This document shows positions 5,808 to 9,617 of a stretch of DNA of 9,617 nt, one piece after another (position 1 is the first letter of the stretch; the number at the start of each line of letters is the position of its first letter). The position numbers and the translations under genes were made by a program. The stretch is from Polynucleobacter sp. MWH-HuK1 (GTDB taxonomy: Bacteria > Pseudomonadota > Gammaproteobacteria > Burkholderiales > Burkholderiaceae), in assembly GCF_018881815.1 (NCBI RefSeq), contig NZ_JACVPP010000001.1:399352-408968 (forward strand). The letters run 5' to 3'. The notes below the pieces were generated by a model. The model was not told the origin of the DNA. It ran no database searches and worked only from the letters and a program-made list of their open reading frames with translations.

Positions 5808-6074
5808 ATGAGCGAAATTAACTTAGATGTAAGCGGTATGACTTGTGGCTCTTGCGTCAAACATGTCACTAACGCACTTAAACCATTAGAAGGTGTACAG
5901 GATGTATCTGTAGACTTAGCTACCGGAAAAGTTAAGGTGACAAGAGCCACCGAAAAGGCGGATGACTTAATTGCGGCCTTAATAGAGGATGGTTATCCAG
6001 CTCAATTGGATACTGGTGGCACCACTCATGCCAAGCAGGGCGGCGGCTGTGGTGGTGGGTGTAAGTGTTCATGA
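5808..6074 (+). CDS. Heavy-metal-associated (HMA) domain protein, CopZ/MerP-like, with a Cys/Gly-rich tail, 88 aa
   Basis: It has the GMTCGSCVKHV metal-binding loop and a ferredoxin-like HMA layout. There is no signal peptide. The tail is GGGCGGGCKCS. AAGGA precedes the ATG. Confidence 0.85.
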   Translation: MSEINLDVSGMTCGSCVKHVTNALKPLEGVQDVSVDLATGKVKVTRATEKADDLIAALIEDGYPAQLDTGGTTHAKQGGGCGGGCKCS

Positions 6075-6091
6075 TGTCGTTTTATGAGACA
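6075..6091. promoter_or_regulatory. Degenerate copy of the 17-bp dyad (TGTCGTTTTATGAGACA, 14/17)
   Basis: The left arm and centre are identical to the 8488-8504 copy, and the right arm has 3 mismatches. It lies directly after the HMA stop and 33 nt before the dehalogenase ATG. Confidence 0.3.
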
Positions 6092-6123
6092 ATGGCTGTT
6101 CATAAGAATAATTAGGAGCCGGT

Positions 6124-6816
6124 ATGTATAAGTTGATAGCTTTTGATGCCTATGGGACATTGCTTGATGTGTATTCCATGGGGCAGTTAGCGGAAGAATT
6201 GTTTCCGGGGCACGGTCAAGCATTGAATTTAATGTGGCGTGATCGCCAAATTGAATACACCCGTTTAGTGACAATGAGTGATCCTAACCCAAACGGTAGC
6301 AAACACTATCTTTCATTTTGGGAGATCACCATTCGCTCATTACGTTATGTATGTAAGCGCATGAGCTTACACCTCACTCCAGAATACGAGAGGCGACTGA
6401 TGGATCAGTATGCTAAGTTGAAGAGCTTTGACGACAGCCTGGAAGTGCTCAAGTCAGTAAAACAAAAAGGTATTTCAACGGCTATTTTATCTAATGGAAG
6501 CACAGAAATGCTTGCCACCGTTATAGAAAGCAATGGCTTAAAACCCTATTTGGATAAAGTTGTCACCGTTGAAGATGTGCGCTTATTTAAAACCGCCCCC
6601 CAAGCCTATGAGCTATTACTAAAAGCTTTTCCTGTGAAAAAGGAAGAGATTCTGTTTGTCTCTAGTAATGCTTGGGATGCCTTAGCGGCAAAGTGGTATG
6701 GTTTTGATGTATTTTGGGTGAACCGTTTGAATCATCCGTTTGAAGAGATTGGCGAAAAGCCAAGCTATGAAGGTAGTTCTCTAAATCAGGTTCTTGATGT
6801 TATTGAGATAAATTAA
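6124..6816 (+). CDS. Type II (S)-2-haloacid dehalogenase, HAD superfamily, 230 aa
   Basis: It has the nucleophile motif FDAYGTLLDV, plus RDRQIEYT, SNGS, FKTAPQAY and SSNAWDALAAKWYGF. This is the full set of L-2-haloacid dehalogenase signature residues. AGGAG precedes the ATG. Confidence 0.85.
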   Translation: MYKLIAFDAYGTLLDVYSMGQLAEELFPGHGQALNLMWRDRQIEYTRLVTMSDPNPNGSKHYLSFWEITIRSLRYVCKRMSLHLTPEYERRLMDQYAKLKSFDDSLEVLKSVKQKGISTAILSNGSTEMLATVIESNGLKPYLDKVVTVEDVRLFKTAPQAYELLLKAFPVKKEEILFVSSNAWDALAAKWYGFDVFWVNRLNHPFEEIGEKPSYEGSSLNQVLDVIEIN

Positions 6817-6827
6817 TAAACTTTTTT

Positions 6828-6891
6828 GGCCGGGTTGCTGTTGGATTAAGCAGCCTCAGTCTCGGTCGATTCCGCCCCGGGCCACCAAGAA
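6828..6891 (+). repeat. tRNA-derived att-like site, copy B (core 6866-6891)
   Basis: The core TCGATTCCGCCCCGGGCCACCAAGAA is identical to copy A. The upstream GGCCGGG (6828-6834) can pair with the acceptor 3' strand. It is separated from the core by a GCTGTT/AGCAGC hairpin (6837-6854). Confidence 0.75.
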
Positions 6892-6895
6892 CACC

Positions 6896-6919
6896 AAAAC
6901 CACCTTCGGGTGGTTTTTT
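6896..6919 (+). terminator. Intrinsic terminator, same sequence as at 3630-3659
   Basis: The sequence is AAAACCACC-TTCG-GGTGGTTTTTT. Confidence 0.8.
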
Positions 6920-6962
6920 CTTTTCTGGGCGTAGAGTATAGAAAGCGCACTAGGAGAGACCT

Positions 6963-7478
6963 ATGACTACAACCATACCCACCAATCAAGAACTTCAAGT
7001 TTTAGACGCTTTGCGTGCTCACAGAAAAAGGCATCGCCAAGGACTCCCAACTCAAATTACGGCTCATGTCGAGCAACCCATAGGACCATTGACTGTTGGG
7101 CAAAAAATATCGGATGCGGTGGCAAGAACGGTAGGCTCTTGGAAGTTCATCATTTTTCAAAGCGTTTGTATTTTGGGTTGGATTACTTATAACTCTGTAA
7201 ACAATGACAATGTTTGGGATCCATACCCTTTCATTCTTTTGAATTTAATGCTGTCATTTCAAGCGGCTTATACAGCGCCAGCAATCATGATGAGTCAGAA
7301 TCGACTCTCGGAGATAGATCGACAACATGCTAATAACGACTTTGAAGTCAATGTAAAGGCGGAGCTAGAAATCGAATTGCTTCATCAAAAGATCGACATG
7401 ATGAAAGAAAAAGAGCTTTATGCTTTAACTAAGGCGGTTGAGGCTTTGAGCGAGAAATTAGATAGCTATAGAGGGTAG
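6963..7478 (+). CDS. DUF1003-like membrane protein, 171 aa
   Basis: Motifs include GSWKFIIFQS, DPYPFILLNLMLSFQAAYTAPAIMMSQNR, DRQHANNDFEVNVKAELEI and LHQKIDMM, matching my memory of DUF1003. AGGAG precedes the ATG. Confidence 0.7.
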   Translation: MTTTIPTNQELQVLDALRAHRKRHRQGLPTQITAHVEQPIGPLTVGQKISDAVARTVGSWKFIIFQSVCILGWITYNSVNNDNVWDPYPFILLNLMLSFQAAYTAPAIMMSQNRLSEIDRQHANNDFEVNVKAELEIELLHQKIDMMKEKELYALTKAVEALSEKLDSYRG

Positions 7479-7492
7479 GATAGGAACTCCTC

Positions 7493-7527
7493 GGCCCTGG
7501 TTCGATTGCGCCCCGGGCCACCAAGAA
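7493..7527 (+). repeat. tRNA-derived att-like site, copy C (core 7502-7527, one mismatch G7508)
   Basis: The arm GGCCCTGG (7493-7500) is an imperfect inverted repeat of the acceptor 3' strand CCCGGGCC. The core is TCGATTGCGCCCCGGGCCACCAAGAA. Confidence 0.75.
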
Positions 7528-7532
7528 ACATC

Positions 7533-7556
7533 AAAACCACCTTCGGGTGGTTTTTT
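7533..7556. terminator. Intrinsic terminator shared by the convergent DUF1003-like and sugE genes
   Basis: The sequence is AAAACCACC-TTCG-GGTGGTTTTTT. The A-run on the left makes it usable from both strands. The sugE stop is at 7571. Confidence 0.75.
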
Positions 7557-7570
7557 CATTTATAGCTCAG

Positions 7571-7885
7571 CTAGCCCATCTTCAGAAAAATGACTCCAAG
7601 CAGAATCAATGCGGCCCCGATCCAACGAATTGGAATATTGGGGTCACCAAAAACTAAAACGCCAATAGCAAAAGTACCCACTGCGCCAATGGATGTCCAT
7701 ACCGCATACGCTGTTCCGATAGGAATGCCTTTTAATGAATACCAAAGCAGGAATCCACTCAGTGCCATGCTTGTTCCAGCCAAAGCAATGCCCAAGATTT
7801 TCATGTTGGGATTGTCTGATAGCTTTAATCCAAGAGGCCAGCCAATCTCAAAAACACCTGCCATTAATAAAGATAGCCAATACAT
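7571..7885 (-). CDS. sugE: SMR-family SugE/Gdx-type small multidrug/guanidinium exporter, 104 aa
   Basis: MYWLSLLMAGVFEIGWPLGLK and PIGTAYAVWTSIGAVG align to E. coli SugE motifs. I chose the start at the internal ATG 7885. The 38-codon extension of the track ORF (to 7999) runs into the att-like core and is rejected. Confidence 0.85.
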   Translation of the reverse strand: MYWLSLLMAGVFEIGWPLGLKLSDNPNMKILGIALAGTSMALSGFLLWYSLKGIPIGTAYAVWTSIGAVGTFAIGVLVFGDPNIPIRWIGAALILLGVIFLKMG

Positions 7886-7960
7886 GTTGGGCCTAGAGTT
7901 AACCAAAGAATTTACTTTATCAAATTTTCTCGCGCCATAAAACAGGATTAGACATCTTCG

Positions 7961-7994
7961 GGCCTGGCTCGATTCCGCCCCGGGCCACCAAGAA
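7961..7994 (+). repeat. tRNA-derived att-like site, copy D (core 7969-7994)
   Basis: The arm GGCCTGG (7961-7967) pairs with CCGGGCC (7980-7986) over 7 bp including one G-U. The core is identical to copies A and B. Confidence 0.75.
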
Positions 7995-8000
7995 CTCAAA

Positions 8001-8030
8001 CAGTCGCCTTTCGGCGGCTGTTTTCGTTTT
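8001..8030 (+). terminator. Intrinsic terminator, different sequence from those after copies A-C
   Basis: The stem is CAGTCGCC paired with GGCGGCTG around TTTC, followed by TTTTCGTTTT. Confidence 0.65.
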
Positions 8031-8076
8031 CACTCTCTAATCACAGTGCTAGACGCTATTGGACTTTATATATCGC

Positions 8077-8093
8077 TGTCGTTTAAAACGACA
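8077..8093. promoter_or_regulatory. 17-bp dyad operator candidate, copy 2
   Basis: The sequence is TGTCGTTTAAAACGACA. On the minus strand it is followed after 4 nt (GCGA) by TATATA (8067-8072). It lies 5 nt beyond the stop of the 8099..8449 gene. Confidence 0.5.
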
Positions 8094-8098
8094 AATCA

Positions 8099-8449
8099 TC
8101 ACAACAGTTCAATTCCAAAGCCCTTCATCAGCAAAGCAAACAGTCCAAAACATATAACCGTCACAACAACACTTGCTCCCATCGTCAGCCAAAAACCTAG
8201 TCTTGGTAGCAAATAGGGAAATAGTAAAAACATCGGCAATGTTGGAATGACATACCAAAAAGTGTAATAAGCGTGGTTTGCTATTTTCTCTTCCGATTGA
8301 TTCTCAATGTAGAGCCAAGTAAGAGTAAGTAATGTCATCAAGGGCAATGCCGCAATGAATCCCCCTAACTTATCGCTTCGCTTAGCAACTTCGCTAATGA
8401 ATACAATCATCCCTGCTGTCAGTAGATATTTTGTGATTATCCAAGTCAT
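8099..8449 (-). CDS. Small 4-TM inner-membrane protein, DUF3147-like, 116 aa
   Basis: The profile is hydrophobic, with FISEVAKRSDKLGGFIAALPLMTLLTL near the N-terminus. The family name is recalled only weakly. AAGG precedes the ATG. Confidence 0.6.
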   Translation of the reverse strand: MTWIITKYLLTAGMIVFISEVAKRSDKLGGFIAALPLMTLLTLTWLYIENQSEEKIANHAYYTFWYVIPTLPMFLLFPYLLPRLGFWLTMGASVVVTVICFGLFALLMKGFGIELL

Positions 8450-8487
8450 AGACGCCTTAAGTGTTTTTGCTTGCCCAATTATAGGAA

Positions 8488-8504
8488 TGTCGTTTTAAAC
8501 GACA
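8488..8504. promoter_or_regulatory. 17-bp dyad operator candidate, copy 3
   Basis: The sequence is TGTCGTTTTAAACGACA. On the minus strand it is followed after 4 nt (TTCC) by a consensus TATAAT (8478-8483), about 29 nt upstream of ATG 8449. Confidence 0.6.
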
Positions 8505-8539
8505 TTACAAATATATGCGCATAGACGTATGTATGTGAA

Positions 8540-9349
8540 CTACTTTCTTTGATTCAGATTGCTTGACCCCCATTGATCCAGCTGTCTCTGATTATGGGCG
8601 GCCACACCTTCAATAGAATCCTGAGGTAATTGTTTGAGGCACTCTGCTAACGATTCAGGACTAAGTTTTTCGGCAGGCTTATTTTGTTTTATCTCTTGTG
8701 GCGATTTGCCATCCCAAGCAAAGGGATTATTAAATGATGGGGGATCAGGTAAACAGTCATCGCTATAAATTGGCGTGTCATCAGTAGCAAATGGCGTAAA
8801 CGAAATTGTCTTTTCAAAGATGAGTGGTTTCCCAGTTGGCGTGGGCGGTGGCGGTGGCATTGAATAAATGGCTTTGCGAGCAAGAGCCTCTGCTTTATCA
8901 GATGTCTTCCAGAGGGTTTCAACTCTAGTGATGCTGCCATTTGGAGCAATCTCGATTCTAAATCTCACTTGCCCTTGATCGACACCTTCAACGGCTGTTC
9001 CCATCATGCTACGCACTTGCTTGCCCCAAGTGTGTCTGTAGCCTTTACTATTTTTTAGTGTGTATGTTGAGGCAAATGCCCATTCTTCTGCTGTTGGAGC
9101 ATTTGGGGCAGCTTGTGTTGCTGGAGCTTTCGTTGTGAGCGTTTGATTCTTTTGGGTGGTGACCGGTTCTTGTTTTTCTTCGGGCTCATTTAGTTTGATG
9201 ACAACGACATCTTCTTTAACTTTTTTTAGCGGCTTTGCTGTTGATGGAGTCCATAAAAGTAGAACGCAAAAATGTAAAGCTAAAGAAAGTACAAGCGCCG
9301 ACTTAAAAGCAGACTGTGGCGTTTGAATAAGGCGATTAAGACGGAACAA
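8540..9349 (-). CDS. TonB-family-like protein with an extra C-terminal extension, 269 aa
   Basis: It has an N-terminal TM segment (ALVLSLALHFCVLLLW) and a charged, Pro-containing linker (EPEEKQEPV...). A TonB-C-like block follows (GQVRFRIEIAPNGSITRVETLWKTSDKAEALARKAIYSMPPPPPTP). The start is TTG 9349, 3 nt after the upstream stop, and is uncertain. Confidence 0.5.
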   Translation of the reverse strand: MFRLNRLIQTPQSAFKSALVLSLALHFCVLLLWTPSTAKPLKKVKEDVVVIKLNEPEEKQEPVTTQKNQTLTTKAPATQAAPNAPTAEEWAFASTYTLKNSKGYRHTWGKQVRSMMGTAVEGVDQGQVRFRIEIAPNGSITRVETLWKTSDKAEALARKAIYSMPPPPPTPTGKPLIFEKTISFTPFATDDTPIYSDDCLPDPPSFNNPFAWDGKSPQEIKQNKPAEKLSPESLAECLKQLPQDSIEGVAAHNQRQLDQWGSSNLNQRK

Positions 9350-9352
9350 TCA

Positions 9353-9617
9353 CTACCCGTCTTGTTTGGCTAGCTTCAGATTCATATTGAGCCAATTAGG
9401 TATGCCATCTTCTGCTCGTACCGCCTTGAATCCTTTTTCTCTGAGGCGCTTTACAGCTTCATAAGATAGAACGCAGTATGTGCCTCTACAGTAAGCAACA
9501 ATCGTTTTAGATTTTGGAAAATCTCCTAATCTCTCTTCTAATTCCTCAAGGGTGATATTGAGCGCCCCCTCAAGATGAGAGTGAGCGTACTCTTCACTAG
9601 GCCGCACATCTAAAAGT
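9353..9617 (-). CDS. Rhodanese-domain protein, 5'-truncated by the window edge (probably the C-terminal domain of an ArsR/SmtB-rhodanese fusion regulator)
   Basis: The frame stays open to position 9617 (..LLDVRPSEEY). The M in the track is an internal GTG. The motifs DVRPSEEYAHSHLEGALNI and AYCRGTYCVLSYEAV resemble ArsR-rhodanese fusion proteins as I remember them. Confidence 0.65.
   Translation of the reverse strand, partial: LLDVRPSEEYAHSHLEGALNITLEELEERLGDFPKSKTIVAYCRGTYCVLSYEAVKRLREKGFKAVRAEDGIPNWLNMNLKLAKQDG

Noticed and set aside
3599-7994. Four repeats read as a CRISPR array or as integron attC sites
   Set aside because: The spacings are 3267, 636 and 467 bp, and the intervals contain whole genes, so this is not a CRISPR array. 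No IntI-type integrase is present. The sites lack the attC R''/R' consensus (RYYYAAC...GTTRRRY). The integron comparison is an analogy only.
7886-7999. 38-codon N-terminal extension of the sugE ORF
   Set aside because: SugE/Gdx proteins are about 105 aa and begin with the M-x-W motif found at ATG 7885. The extension would be translated from the antisense of the att-like core.
7886-8060. Guanidine riboswitch in the sugE leader
   Set aside because: I read the minus-strand leader for ykkC conserved blocks (GGUCCGAGAG, ACGGCGGG), paired ACGR-loop hairpins and the guanidine-III pseudoknot. I found none. This is rejection by eye only, and a covariance-model scan should confirm it.
8514-8523. 10-bp perfect palindrome TATGCGCATA between the TonB-like stop and dyad copy 3
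   Set aside because: It is a single occurrence, short and A+T-flanked. It could be a weak hairpin at the gene's 3' end or arise by chance. The evidence is not enough to call it a site.
2469-8949. Antisense or overlapping ORFs at 2469..2705(-), 3786..4007(-), 5097..5303(-), 5678..5950(-), 6026..6274(-), 7590..7940(+) and 8689..8949(-)
   Set aside because: Each lies wholly or largely inside a well-supported gene on the opposite strand or in another frame. None has a recognisable motif or Shine-Dalgarno sequence. They are shadow ORFs.

Overview
This window is a roughly 40% G+C accessory region from a Gram-negative, gammaproteobacterial-looking genome. Its gene content and codon style would fit a Legionellales-type host, but I cannot verify that.

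The main pattern is four direct copies of a 26-bp core, TCGATTCCGCCCCGGGCCACCAAGAA. They start at 3599, 6866, 7502 (one mismatch) and 7969. The core is the T-loop, acceptor 3' strand and CCA end of a tRNA. Copy A extends back to a TTGAAAA (GAA anticodon) loop, which identifies the source as tRNA-Phe. Each copy is followed within about 10 nt by an intrinsic terminator.

The copies divide the window into five parts:
1. 1-3624: a short tyrosine recombinase, an N-terminally truncated AbiEi-like gene with no toxin partner, a 692-nt ORF-free G+C-richer tract, and an operon of four small proteins.
2. 3625-6891: a soft-metal (Cu/Hg-type) handling cluster plus a type II haloacid dehalogenase. The cluster holds a DUF2703-like Cys protein, a His-rich secreted protein, a membrane protein with a Met-rich tail, CopG/DUF411, and an HMA protein.
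3. 6892-7527: a single DUF1003-like gene.
4. 7528-7994: a single SugE/Gdx SMR exporter on the minus strand.
5. 7995-9617: probable chromosomal flank, with a DUF3147-like membrane protein, a TonB-like protein, and the 3' part of a rhodanese-domain (probably ArsR-fused) gene.

A second layer is a 17-bp dyad, TGTCGTTT-N-AAACGACA, present three times perfectly and once degenerately. It sits next to -10-like boxes of units inside and outside the modules.

All family names come from motif recognition by eye. No searches were run.
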